64,000 nt of DNA from Actinomycetales bacterium. Lineage in GTDB: Bacteria > Actinomycetota > Actinomycetes > Actinomycetales > CAVURS01. This document shows positions 1-9,068 of this stretch, piece by piece. Under the pieces are notes generated by a model that saw only the letters and a program-made list of their open reading frames with translations, made no database searches and was not told the DNA's origin. The first letter of the stretch is position 1, and each line of letters begins with the position of its first letter. The stretch is from assembly GCA_045807245.1 (NCBI GenBank), contig JBJMHS010000045.1, positions 1-64,000 of the forward strand, written 5' to 3'. Made by a program: the position numbers and the translations under genes.

Positions 1-1
1 G

Positions 2-190
2 CTGGCCCGGCCGACGGCACCGTTCGCCGGCGACCTGCCCCGGCTGGACGCGCAGGGCAGCCACTGGACCGAGCCGCAGGTGGTCGTCGAGGTGGAGTAC
101 CTCGGCCGGACCGAGGCCAGCCGGCTGCGGGCGCCGACCTACCGGGGGCTGCGCCGTGACCTGGCCCCGGCCGACCTCAGGTGGGAGTGA
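2..190 (+). CDS. 3' end of ATP-dependent DNA ligase (LigD/LigC-type C-terminal OB domain), partial at window edge
   Basis: Manual translation LARPTAPF...HWTEPQVVVEVEYLGRTEASRLRAPTYRGLRRDLAPADLRWE* matches the WxxPxxVxEVxY...LRxPxxxGLRxD ligase motif; stop lies 1 nt before the LigD-Pol ATG. Confidence 0.8.
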   Translation: MARPTAPFAGDLPRLDAQGSHWTEPQVVVEVEYLGRTEASRLRAPTYRGLRRDLAPADLRWE

Positions 191-191
191 G

Positions 192-1169
192 ATGCCCAGC
201 AGCTCGCCGAGCAGTTCCCCGAGCAGTTCCTCGAGCAGTGCGGCCGGCAAGCAGACCGTGGAGGTCGGGGGGCGCCGGCTGTCCCTGAGCAACCTCGACA
301 AGGTGCTCTACCCCGAGAGCCGGACGACGAAGGGCGAGGTGATCGACTACTACGCCCGCATCGCGCCCGTCCTGCTACCGCACCTCGGCGAACGGCCGGT
401 CACCCGCAAGCGCTGGCCGAACGGCGTCGAGTCCACGCCGTTCTTCGAGAAGAACACGCCGCAGGGCACGCCGTCCTGGGTCCGCACCCAGGACGTCGAG
501 GCCACCGGGCAGCAGGGCGGTAGTCACGAGCACATCGTGTTCCCGTTCGTCGACGACCTGCCCACGCTCATCTGGCTGGCCAACCTGGCCGCGCTCGAGC
601 TGCACATCCCGCAGTGGACGGTGGGCGCCCGGGGTGCCGTCCGCAAGCCCGACCGGCTCGTCGTCGACCTGGACCCGGGACCGGGCGCAGGACTGGCCGA
701 GTGCTGTGAGGTCGCCTTCGCCGTGCGCGAGCGGCTCGAGGCCGACGGCCTCATCGCGCACCCCGTGACGAGCGGCAGCAAAGGGATGCAGCTGTACGCC
801 GCGGTGTCGGCCAAGCAGGACGCCGGCATCATCCGGGCGTATGCCAAAGCGCTGGCCGAAGAAATGGTCGGCCAGCTGCCAAAGCTTGTGGTCTCCCGGA
901 TGACGAAGACCTTGCGGCCGGGGAAGGTGCTGTTGGACTGGAGCCAGAACACCGCCGCCAAGACGACGATTTCTCCGTATTCACTCCGTGGTCGGCAAAC
1001 ACCGTGCGTAGCCGCCCCGAGAACCTGGGAGGAGCTGGAACAGCCGGCTAAATTGCGGCAGCAGCGTTACGAAGAGACGTTGGAGCTGGCGGCAAATCGC
1101 GAGGACCCGCTGGCCGACCTTTTCCGGGCCGGGCCGCGGGTCCCCACCGATGGTTTGGACCTCGGCTAG
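192..1169 (+). CDS. ligD: LigD polymerase/primase-like domain protein (NHEJ)
   Basis: LSNLDKVLYP, TKGEVIDYY, RWPNGV..FFEKN, DLDPG, SGSKGMQLY and DWSQN...PYSLR motifs; ATG 192 chosen over GTG 156. Confidence 0.9.
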   Translation: MPSSSPSSSPSSSSSSAAGKQTVEVGGRRLSLSNLDKVLYPESRTTKGEVIDYYARIAPVLLPHLGERPVTRKRWPNGVESTPFFEKNTPQGTPSWVRTQDVEATGQQGGSHEHIVFPFVDDLPTLIWLANLAALELHIPQWTVGARGAVRKPDRLVVDLDPGPGAGLAECCEVAFAVRERLEADGLIAHPVTSGSKGMQLYAAVSAKQDAGIIRAYAKALAEEMVGQLPKLVVSRMTKTLRPGKVLLDWSQNTAAKTTISPYSLRGRQTPCVAAPRTWEELEQPAKLRQQRYEETLELAANREDPLADLFRAGPRVPTDGLDLG

Positions 1170-1170
1170 G

Positions 1171-1503
1171 TCAGCGCGAGGCCTTCTTGTACGCCGCCTG
1201 GAGCTCGGCCGAGATGCGGCCGCGGTCGCTGACGGTGAAGCCGTTCTTGCGGCCCCACTCACGCACCGCGGTCAGGTCGCCCGAGGTGCTTCGCGAGCCA
1301 CGGGCGCGGCCGCCCGCACTGCGCCGCCCACCCGCACGCCGCGCGTTCCCGACCCAGCTCGAGAACGCGTCGCGCAGCTTGGCGGCGTTCTTGGTGGACA
1401 GGTCGATCTCGTACTGGACTCCGTCGAGGGCAAAGGAAACAGTCTCCGCAGCCTTACCGCCGTCGATGTCATCAACGAGGAGTACCTGAACCTGCTGTGC
1501 CAT
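1171..1503 (-). CDS. lsr2: Lsr2 nucleoid-associated protein
   Basis: LVDDIDGG...ETVSFALDGVQYEIDLS and VREWGRKNGFTVSDRGRI (RGR AT-hook). Confidence 0.96.
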   Translation of the reverse strand: MAQQVQVLLVDDIDGGKAAETVSFALDGVQYEIDLSTKNAAKLRDAFSSWVGNARRAGGRRSAGGRARGSRSTSGDLTAVREWGRKNGFTVSDRGRISAELQAAYKKASR

Positions 1504-1607
1504 GAATCTGCTCCTGAAAGGTGAGGGCGGGATTGTGGACCGACTTTGTACGCCGCCAATTCCGCCACCCTAACCGACAGGTCAAGATATTCAAAAAACC
1601 GCCGCGC

Positions 1608-1754
1608 CTACTGCTGATCCGCGGAGTGCTCCTTCTCCCAACGGGCATGCGCGGCGCGTTCTCTGCGGTCGCCTTCGATCATCGCCTTGATGACGAGATA
1701 GAACAGCACGCCGACCCCCGCCGAGGGCACGAGCGCGATGAGTGCGTTCTCCAT
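1608..1754 (-). CDS. Small single-TM membrane protein (48 aa)
   Basis: MENALIALVPSAGVGVLFYLVIKAMIEGDRRERAAHARWEKE; GAGGAGG RBS upstream; hydrophobic helix plus charged tail. Confidence 0.7.
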   Translation of the reverse strand: MENALIALVPSAGVGVLFYLVIKAMIEGDRRERAAHARWEKEHSADQQ

Positions 1755-1789
1755 GCCACCTCCTCGGGCGCCAGCGTACGACGGGCCTG

Positions 1790-3352
1790 TTACGGCCGGA
1801 CGATGGGGAAGAGGATGGTCTCGCGGAGCCCGCCTGCGCCGGTGAGCGCGACCAGCAAGCGGTCGATGCCCATGCCCTGCCCTCCGGTCGGCGGCATGGC
1901 CTGCTCGATGGCCCGCAGGAAGTCCTCGTCGAGCCGCATCGCGTCGAGATCCCCCAGCGCCGCCAGCTTGGCCTGGGCCTCCAGCCGCTCCCGCTGGGTC
2001 ACCGGGTCGACCAGCTCGGAGTAGCCCGTGGCCAGCTCGAACCCCCGCACGTAGAGGTCCCACTTCTCGGTCACACCGTCGACCGTGCGGTGCTGGCGGG
2101 TGAGCGGCGTCGTCTCGACCGGGAAGTCGCGCACGAACGTCGGCGCCCACAGGTGGTCACCCACGAGGTGCTCCCACAGCTGCTCGACCAGCCGGCCGTG
2201 ACCAAGATGGGCCGGCTCGACCTCCAGACCGAGCCGGTCGGCGTACCCCTTCAGCTCCCCGACGCTGGTCGCCGGTGTGACCTGCTCGCCGAGCGCCTCG
2301 GAGAGCGACGGGTACATCGACAGGCTCGGCCACTCTCCGCCGACGTCGTACTCGCTACCGTCGAGCAGCCGCACCGTGAGCGAGCCCTGGGTCGCGAGCG
2401 CGGCGTTCTGGACCAGCTCGCGGGTGAGGTCGGCGACCGAGTTGTAGTCGCCGTACGCCTCGTAGAACTCGAGCATCGCGAACTCGGGACTGTGGGTCGC
2501 GTCCATGCCCTCGTTGCGGAAGTTGCGGTTGATCTCGAAGACCTTGTGGAGTCCGCCGACGACGGCGCGCTTGAGGAACAGCTCGGGCGCGATGCGCAGG
2601 TACAGGTCGATGTCCAGCGCGTTCATGTGGGTCACGAACGGCCGGGCCGTCGCCCCGCCGTGCAGCGTCTGCAACATCGGCGTCTCGATCTCGATGAACC
2701 CCTTGCTGTGGAACAGGTCCCGCAGGCTGCGCACCGTGGCCGCGCGCGTGTGCACCATGTCGCGTGCCTCGGGCCGGATGATCAGGTCGACGTACCGCTG
2801 TCGCACCCGCGCTTCGTCGCTGAGCTGCGCGCCCTCGTAGAGGTTCGGCAACGGCCGCAGCGCCTTGGCCGCCAGGCCCCACTCGTCGGCCAGGACCGAG
2901 AGCTCGCCGCGCTTGCTCGAGATGACGCGCCCGCGGGCCCACACGATGTCGCCGAGGTCGACGTCGGCCTTCCACGCAGCCAGCGAGTCCTCGCCCACCT
3001 GGGCCAGCGAGACCATCACCTGCAGGCGCGGCATCAGATCGGCGCCCGGACCCGGCGACTCGATGCCGTCCTGCAGCGTCGCGAAACAGAGCTTGCCGCC
3101 GTTGCGGACGAACACCACCCGGCCGCTCACGGCCACGACGTCGTCGGTCTCCTGGCCGGCCTCCAGGTCGGGGTACGCCGCGCGTACCTCGGCGAGGGTG
3201 TGGGTGCGCGGGACCTCGACCGGGTACGGCGAGACACCGGCCGCGAGCAAGGCCGCCCGCTTCTCGCGGCGGACCCGCATCTGCTCGGGCAGCCCGGCGT
3301 CCACCCCGCCGTCCGGGCCGGCGCCGTCGAGGGTCCCGTCCGATGGCTTCAC
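1790..3352 (-). CDS. lysS: Lysine--tRNA ligase, class II
   Basis: OB-fold anticodon domain; [48 protein letters not shown]. Confidence 0.97.
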   Translation of the reverse strand: MKPSDGTLDGAGPDGGVDAGLPEQMRVRREKRAALLAAGVSPYPVEVPRTHTLAEVRAAYPDLEAGQETDDVVAVSGRVVFVRNGGKLCFATLQDGIESPGPGADLMPRLQVMVSLAQVGEDSLAAWKADVDLGDIVWARGRVISSKRGELSVLADEWGLAAKALRPLPNLYEGAQLSDEARVRQRYVDLIIRPEARDMVHTRAATVRSLRDLFHSKGFIEIETPMLQTLHGGATARPFVTHMNALDIDLYLRIAPELFLKRAVVGGLHKVFEINRNFRNEGMDATHSPEFAMLEFYEAYGDYNSVADLTRELVQNAALATQGSLTVRLLDGSEYDVGGEWPSLSMYPSLSEALGEQVTPATSVGELKGYADRLGLEVEPAHLGHGRLVEQLWEHLVGDHLWAPTFVRDFPVETTPLTRQHRTVDGVTEKWDLYVRGFELATGYSELVDPVTQRERLEAQAKLAALGDLDAMRLDEDFLRAIEQAMPPTGGQGMGIDRLLVALTGAGGLRETILFPIVRP

Positions 3353-3402
3353 GCGCGCAGGCTACCGAGAGCGAGTGGACGGCCCGGAGGTAGTTTCGAG
3401 GG

Positions 3403-4173
3403 GTGGCCTACGACGGCACCGACGCCGACCAGGACAGTCCTGAGTTCTACGAACAGCGGCGCACGTCGTTCGGCGCCTACGCGGCGACGTACGACGCGGT
3501 GCGCCCGTCGTGGCCGGCTGCCACGATCTCCTGGCTCGTCGGCGGGCGACCGGCCGGCTCACGGGTCCTCGACCTGGGCGCCGGCACCGGCAAGGGCACC
3601 CGGACGCTGGTGGAGCTGGGCATGCGGACGACTGCCGTGGATCCCAGCGAGGGGATGCTCGCGGCGCTGCACGCGAACGCGCCGGAGGCCACGACCGCGG
3701 TCGGCGATGCCGAAGCCATCCCGCTCGCCGACGGCTCGGTCGACGCCGTCATCGCGCTGCAGGCGTGGCACTGGTTCGACTCGCTGGCCGCGGGTCGCGA
3801 GTGCGCTCGGGTCCTCGCCGGCGGCGGCACGCTGGGCGTCGCGTGGCACGTGCGGGACGAGCGGGAGCCCTGGGTGGCCGACCTGTCCGAGGCCAGCGGT
3901 CGCCGCGAGGACCCGGCAGCCGACCTGCGCGGAGTCGCCGCGCCTGAGGTCGGCGACGGCTTCGGAATGGCCGAGCGAGCGGTGTTCGACTACGAGCTCA
4001 CATTGACCGTCGACGGCCTGGTCGAGCTCGCGTCGTCGTGGTCCTACCTCGCACTCGCGGCCGACCGCGACGAGCGGCTGACCGCGATCCGGGCGGTCGG
4101 CGAGCGTGCGGCGTCCGGCGGGCTGGTCCGCATCCCGCACCGCACGGTGTGCTACCGGTACACCGCCCGCTGA
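3403..4173 (+). CDS. Class I SAM-dependent methyltransferase (Methyltransf_11-like)
   Basis: SFG..AATYDAVRPSWP, VLDLGAGTGK, QAWHWFD; TAGTTT -10 6 nt upstream. Confidence 0.88.
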   Translation: MAYDGTDADQDSPEFYEQRRTSFGAYAATYDAVRPSWPAATISWLVGGRPAGSRVLDLGAGTGKGTRTLVELGMRTTAVDPSEGMLAALHANAPEATTAVGDAEAIPLADGSVDAVIALQAWHWFDSLAAGRECARVLAGGGTLGVAWHVRDEREPWVADLSEASGRREDPAADLRGVAAPEVGDGFGMAERAVFDYELTLTVDGLVELASSWSYLALAADRDERLTAIRAVGERAASGGLVRIPHRTVCYRYTAR

Positions 4174-4191
4174 CCGCCGACGGGCGGGGCC

Positions 4192-5064
4192 TCAGTGGGG
4201 GCCGACGAGGAGCGGCTCGTTGTCGATGAGCCTGGTGGTCCCCACCCGGGCGGCGACGGCCAGGAGCGCCTCACCTCGGTACCACTCCGGTACGTCGGCC
4301 AACGTCCCCGGATGGACCAGCACCAGGTAGTCCACCGCGACGAGCGGCTCCGTCACCAGGACGGCGCGAGCGGCCCGGCGTACGGCGCTCGGTCCCTCCG
4401 CCGCCACGGCCGCCCCGGCGCGCAGCGCCCGCGACAGGCACAGGGCGGCATCGCGGTCGCTGGCCGTGAGGTACATGTTGCGGCTGCTCATGGCCAGGCC
4501 GTCGGGCTCGCGCACGGTGGGCACGGCGACGACGTCCACCGGGAAGTCGAGGTCGCGGACCATCCGCCGGATCAACAGCAGCTGTTGGGCGTCCTTCTGC
4601 CCGAAGTACGCCTGCTGGGCCCGCGTCAGATGCAGCAGCTTGCCGACCACGGTCAACACGCCGTCGAAGTGGCCCGGCCGGGAGTGCCCCTCGAGCACGT
4701 CCCCGAGCGGGCCGGCGTGGACCCGCACGCCTGGCTCCCCGTCCGGGTACACCACGTCGGGGGTCGGGGCGAAGACGAGGTCCACGCCCTCACGGGCACA
4801 GATGGCCAGGTCCGAGTCGATGGTCCGTGGGTAGCGGGACAGGTCCTCGCCCGGTCCGAACTGCAGCGGGTTGAGAAAGATGGTGACGATGACGTGGGCC
4901 GCACGCTCGCGGGCCCGGCGGATCAGGGCGGCATGGCCCTCGTGCAGAGCGCCCAGCGTCATGACCACGGCCAGGTCGCCCGTGTCGAAGGCGCTCCGGG
5001 CGGCGTCGAGCTCGGCCCGGGTCCGTACGACCGGCACGTCACGCACGTTCGGCCCGTCCGGCAC
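4192..5064 (-). CDS. panC: Pantoate--beta-alanine ligase
   Basis: TLGALHEGH, NPLQFG, RPGHFDGV, FGQKDAQQ, GLAMSSRN, RLIDN. Confidence 0.96.
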   Translation of the reverse strand: MPDGPNVRDVPVVRTRAELDAARSAFDTGDLAVVMTLGALHEGHAALIRRARERAAHVIVTIFLNPLQFGPGEDLSRYPRTIDSDLAICAREGVDLVFAPTPDVVYPDGEPGVRVHAGPLGDVLEGHSRPGHFDGVLTVVGKLLHLTRAQQAYFGQKDAQQLLLIRRMVRDLDFPVDVVAVPTVREPDGLAMSSRNMYLTASDRDAALCLSRALRAGAAVAAEGPSAVRRAARAVLVTEPLVAVDYLVLVHPGTLADVPEWYRGEALLAVAARVGTTRLIDNEPLLVGPH

Positions 5065-5065
5065 G

Positions 5066-5995
5066 TCAGCTCCAGTCGTGAGGGGTCCGCTTCAACACGT
5101 CCAGCAAGGCCTCGGCGCTGGTCGGCGCCAGGCGACCGGACGCGAGCGCCCGCTCGGCGGTCGCGCGAGCCATCGCCACGTAGGCCGCCAGCACGTCCGG
5201 GGTCTCGTCCGCGAGCTCCCGTAGGTGCGCGGCCACCGTACCGGCGTCCCCGCGGGCGACCGGTCCGGTGAGAGCGGCGTCACCCCGGCGCAGGGCGTTG
5301 TCCAGGGCGGTCCCCAGCAGCGGGGCGAGCACCCGGTCCGGCGCCGCCACCTGGGCGTCGGCCAGCACCTGCATCGCCTGCGCGACCAGGGTCACCAGAT
5401 GGTTGGCGCCGTGGGAGAGGGCCGCGTGGTAGCGCGCTCGGTCGGCCTCCTCGATCCACACCGGTTCGCCGCCGATCTCGACGACGAGTGCCTCGGCCAC
5501 CGGCCGGGCCGCCTCGGGCGCGGTGACGCCGAAGCAGCAGTCGGCCAGGGCGGCCAGGTCCGACGGGGTGCCGGAGAACGTCATCGCCGGATGCAGCGCC
5601 AGCGGGATCACGTGCGAGGCCAGGACCGGGTCGAGCACTCCGACGCCGTAGCGGCCGGACGTGTGCACCGCGATCTGGCCGGGCTGCCAGGCCCCGGTCG
5701 CGGCCAGGCCGGCCACTACGCCGGGCAGCGCGTCGTCCGGGACGGTGAGCAGGACCAGCTCGGCCGCCGCAACGACGCCGGGCACGTCGCGGATCGGTAC
5801 GCCGGGCAGCATCGTCTCGGCCCGCTCGCGCGACGCGTCGCTCACCGCGGACGCAGCGACGACGCGATGGCCTGCGCGGGCCAGCGCGGCGCCGAGGGCC
5901 GCACCGACCCGGCCGACCCCGACGACACCGACCTCGAGCCGCGCCGGTCGCTGCGATGCCTCGTCCGGCCACGCGTCTCGCTCCGTGAGATGCAC
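5066..5995 (-). CDS. Rossmann-like/DUF2520 oxidoreductase (PanG-like ketopantoate reductase candidate)
   Basis: GVVGVGRVG, TVPDD, HTSG, LHPAMTF, YHAAL.HGANHLVTL, LTGPVARGD; directly upstream of panC. Confidence 0.88.
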   Translation of the reverse strand: MHLTERDAWPDEASQRPARLEVGVVGVGRVGAALGAALARAGHRVVAASAVSDASRERAETMLPGVPIRDVPGVVAAAELVLLTVPDDALPGVVAGLAATGAWQPGQIAVHTSGRYGVGVLDPVLASHVIPLALHPAMTFSGTPSDLAALADCCFGVTAPEAARPVAEALVVEIGGEPVWIEEADRARYHAALSHGANHLVTLVAQAMQVLADAQVAAPDRVLAPLLGTALDNALRRGDAALTGPVARGDAGTVAAHLRELADETPDVLAAYVAMARATAERALASGRLAPTSAEALLDVLKRTPHDWS

Positions 5996-6082
5996 CTGGA
6001 GAACTTATCCGGCCTGCTCTCGCGCCCGCGCGGCGGCCAGAGGCCGAGGACGGCCACCGGCCGGTGCCCGCGCCGTACCGGG

Positions 6083-6216
6083 TTGTCCACCGGGGGCGCA
6101 CCACGGCTCGACGGGTCCGTCCACACCCGGCGACTGCTCCCGTCGGCTGCCTGTCCACACGCCCATCCCCGCCTGTCCACACGTCATCAACAGCGACGTC
6201 CACAGGCGGTGGAAAC
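6083..6216. promoter_or_regulatory. Cluster of DnaA-box-like 9-mers
   Basis: TTGTCCACC 6083, CCGTCCACA 6117, CTGTCCACA 6151 and 6173, TCATCAACA 6184, ACGTCCACA 6196, inverted GGTGGAAAC 6208; actinobacterial consensus is TT(G/A)TCCACA. Confidence 0.6.
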
Positions 6217-6349
6217 GTGTGCGGGAAACCCGTTGCGGGCCAACGGATTCAACCTCCGAGCCACCACCCGTCCATCTGCCGGAGGTCGGCTGGAAAAACT
6301 TTTCGCCAACCCCTTGCGCGCCTGCTGGCAACCCGGATAGAAATCTCCC

Positions 6350-6660
6350 ACGCCGCCGGGAGCGGGGTGCGGAAGCCGAGGGCAACCGAGGTGGAGACAC
6401 TCCAGGAACGGAGGCGGGCAGCACGGAGACCGACGGGTCATGGTGGCCGGGGCAACCCGGTCGCGGTCGCGGATGACGACGCGGCGACCCGCACGGACCG
6501 AGCTGGAGCGATCGCAGTACGACGGGTACGGAAGCCGGCTTGCCGGTCGAGGTCCCGGAGTCGGACGTCATGCCGAGTGGCGCGGGAAGGTGTCAAAACC
6601 GGAGCGCGACGCATGTGGTCGTGAGAGGCCCCCCGAACTCATACTTCGGGGGGCCTTTCC
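6350..6660 (+). ncRNA. Putative structured non-coding RNA (~300 nt), family not recognised
   Basis: No credible ORF; hairpins with GAGA (6391-6400), GCAA (6443-6464) and CUUG (6534-6547) tetraloops; possible long-range CTCCAG/CTGGAG pair; ends in a terminator-like hairpin; 5' end approximate. Confidence 0.45.
6626..6660 (+). terminator. Intrinsic-terminator-like hairpin
   Basis: AGGCCCCCCGAA-ctcatac-TTCGGGGGGCCT, 12-bp stem with a short pyrimidine tail. Confidence 0.7.
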
Positions 6661-6743
6661 TCATGTCTAACAGGCGTCCGGTCCCTCGTCCGCCCGACAC
6701 GCCGGGCCGCTTCCGTCTCTGGCGTACTCACTAGGGTCGTGCC

Positions 6744-7478
6744 ATGGGTCGGCATGCACGGCTCGCGGCGCTGACCGTCAGGCCCGGCGAACGGACGGAC
6801 GACCTCGTCGTCGCGGACCTGGGCTGCGGTGACGGCCGGACCATTCGTGCGCTGCTCGAGCTCGAGACCGCGCCACGGCTCGTCCACGCGCTGGACCACT
6901 CCGCCGCTCTGCCCGACGACCTCCTGCACGACGAACGCGTCCGGTCGCGGATCGTCGACCTGGAGGAAGCTCTGCCGTTCGACGACCGGACGCTGGACCG
7001 GGTCGTCTCGATGAACGTGATCGAGGCCCTGCCCGACCCCGGCCACTTCCTGCGTGAGTGCCACCGCGTGCTGCGGTGCGGGGGGTGGGCGGTCATCGGG
7101 CACACCGACTTCGACACCGCGCTGTTCACCAGTACCGACGACGCGCTGACCCGCGAGCTGGTCGACCGTTTCGTCGCGTTGGTGCCGGGCTGGGCGGAGC
7201 GCGCGGACGGCTTCACCGGGCGCAAGCTGCCCAGCCTCGCTGAGGACTCGCCGTTCGCCGTGCTCGAGGTGCACGCCTGGGCCGACCCGCACCGAAGGTT
7301 CGACCCCGGCTCGCTGGCCTGGAAGATCGCCCAGGGGATGCTCGCCGCCGCCGCCGACGAGCCGGAGGTCCTGTCTCGCGCGCTCGCGTGGCTGGACGGC
7401 GTGCAGGCCCTGGCCGACGAGGGGCGGTTCCTGTTCGCCGTCACGGACGTCGCCGTGGTGCTGCAGCGCGATGCCTGA
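6744..7478 (+). CDS. SAM-dependent methyltransferase (UbiE/Methyltransf_11-like)
   Basis: VADLGCGDG, LPFDDRTLDRVVS, ECHRVLRCGG; TAGGGT 6 nt upstream. Confidence 0.8.
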   Translation: MGRHARLAALTVRPGERTDDLVVADLGCGDGRTIRALLELETAPRLVHALDHSAALPDDLLHDERVRSRIVDLEEALPFDDRTLDRVVSMNVIEALPDPGHFLRECHRVLRCGGWAVIGHTDFDTALFTSTDDALTRELVDRFVALVPGWAERADGFTGRKLPSLAEDSPFAVLEVHAWADPHRRFDPGSLAWKIAQGMLAAAADEPEVLSRALAWLDGVQALADEGRFLFAVTDVAVVLQRDA

Positions 7479-8511
7479 GGCGTTCCGGCCCTGGCGCGAG
7501 GCCTGGTCGGACGCCCTGTACGGATCGCACGGCTTCTATCGCCGCACCGAAGGCCCGCGCGGGCACTTCGAGACCTCGGCCAACGCGCTCGGTGGGGAGA
7601 CCGCCCTGCTGGCTCAGGCCTTGGCCCGGCTGGCCACGGCTAACGGCTGCCGGCGGGTCGTCGACGTCGGCGCCGGCCGTGGGGAGCTGATGGTCGCGCT
7701 CGCGGCCGGGCCCGGCGCGGACCTCGACCTGCTGGCGGTCGACGTGGTGCCCCGGCCGGCCGGGCTGGCCGACGGCGTGGGGTGGCTGGAGTCGCCGGGC
7801 GGCGCCGCCCTGCCGGCTGCGCTGGACGGCCTCGAGGACACGCTCGTGCTGGCGCACGAATGGCTCGACGTCGTCCCGTGCGAGGTGCTCGAGGTGGACG
7901 CGGCCGGTGTCCCGCGGGTGGTCGAGGTGGACCGGTACGGCGTTGAGCGGCTGGGCGACCGCGCCGACCAGGCGGTCCGGGACGCCTGGCAATGGTCCGA
8001 GCAGTGGTGGCCGTTGCCATACCCGGCACCCGGCGTGCGGGTCGAGGTCGGTCTCTCCCGGGACGCCGCATGGGCCGGCCTGCTCAGCCGCGTCCGCAGC
8101 GGGCTCGTTGTCGCGGTCGACTACGGGCACACCGCCGAGGCGCGGCCGGCCGGCGGGACACTCGCCGCCCATCGGGCCGGCCGCCTGGTGCCGCCCGTCC
8201 CGGACGGCAGCTGCGACCTGACGGCGCACGTGGCCTGGGACTCGCTGCTGGCCGGCTGCTCGCCGGCCCGGCTGACGACGCAGCGAGCGGCGCTCAGCGA
8301 GCTGGGTCTGGACGGCCGCCGACCGGCCGCCGACCCGGCCGACCCGACGTACCTGCTCGAGCTGCAGCGCGCCTCGGCGGCCGCCACGTTGCTGGATCCC
8401 GGCGGGCTCGGCGGCCTCGGCTGGCTGATCCGCCCGGTGCCGCCGCGCGCGGCGGAGGGCCCGGCAGGAATTGGACAGCCGCAGCCGCCGCCAGCGAGGC
8501 TGGAGCCGTGA
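7471..8511 (+). CDS. MidA/NDUFAF7-family (DUF185) SAM-dependent methyltransferase
   Basis: [51 protein letters not shown]. Confidence 0.85.
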   Translation: MPEAFRPWREAWSDALYGSHGFYRRTEGPRGHFETSANALGGETALLAQALARLATANGCRRVVDVGAGRGELMVALAAGPGADLDLLAVDVVPRPAGLADGVGWLESPGGAALPAALDGLEDTLVLAHEWLDVVPCEVLEVDAAGVPRVVEVDRYGVERLGDRADQAVRDAWQWSEQWWPLPYPAPGVRVEVGLSRDAAWAGLLSRVRSGLVVAVDYGHTAEARPAGGTLAAHRAGRLVPPVPDGSCDLTAHVAWDSLLAGCSPARLTTQRAALSELGLDGRRPAADPADPTYLLELQRASAAATLLDPGGLGGLGWLIRPVPPRAAEGPAGIGQPQPPPARLEP

Positions 8512-9068
8512 GGTCCACGCTGCTGCCGCTGGCTGCCGCCCTGCTGCTGGGCACCACGGCCTGCGGCGGCAGCAATGGGACCGGCAACGTGCCGACACCG
8601 TCCGCGAGCACGTCGTCGACCGCGACGCGCGGAGCCACGACGACGAGCAAGCCGGCCTCCGGCAACGCGGCCACCGCCGTGAGCAACGTCAAGGGACGCA
8701 AACACGACGCCGGGGTCATCGTCAGCAGCAAGCGCGCCGGCGGGCTGACCGTGCTCGTGCTGAACCGCTACACGGTCAAGGGCATGTCGGACGCCAAGCT
8801 CGCGTCCGACGGCGCGCCGATCAGCCCGCACAGCGACACCCGGTTCTCCGACCAGAACAAGGGCAAGACGTACCAGGTGCCGGTCAACCCGACGGCGGTC
8901 TTCGTGATCAACACGTGCGACGACAGCGGCTCGACGCCGACGATGACGTCCACCCCCACGACGATGGCGCAGTTCCTGTCCAGCGGGGGACGGGCCAAGA
9001 CGGTCGTGCTGCTGACCTACGACGACTCGGGCCGGCTGGTCAGGTTGGACACCGACCCGGCCTGCTGA
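8508..9068 (+). CDS. Putative lipoprotein, unknown function
   Basis: GTG overlaps the upstream TGA; signal [19 protein letters not shown] (lipobox), Ser/Thr linker, beta-rich domain. Confidence 0.75.
   Translation: MRSTLLPLAAALLLGTTACGGSNGTGNVPTPSASTSSTATRGATTTSKPASGNAATAVSNVKGRKHDAGVIVSSKRAGGLTVLVLNRYTVKGMSDAKLASDGAPISPHSDTRFSDQNKGKTYQVPVNPTAVFVINTCDDSGSTPTMTSTPTTMAQFLSSGGRAKTVVLLTYDDSGRLVRLDTDPAC

Noticed and set aside
1742..4006. Long antisense or alternate-frame ORFs (also 12293-14284, 17697-19913, 25455-27650, 29838-32567, 44746-47652)
   Set aside because: Stop-codon scarcity at high GC; each overlaps a well-supported gene and shows no motifs.
6000..6340. Replication origin (oriC)
   Set aside because: No dnaA/dnaN nearby and no clear AT-rich unwinding element; kept only as a box cluster.
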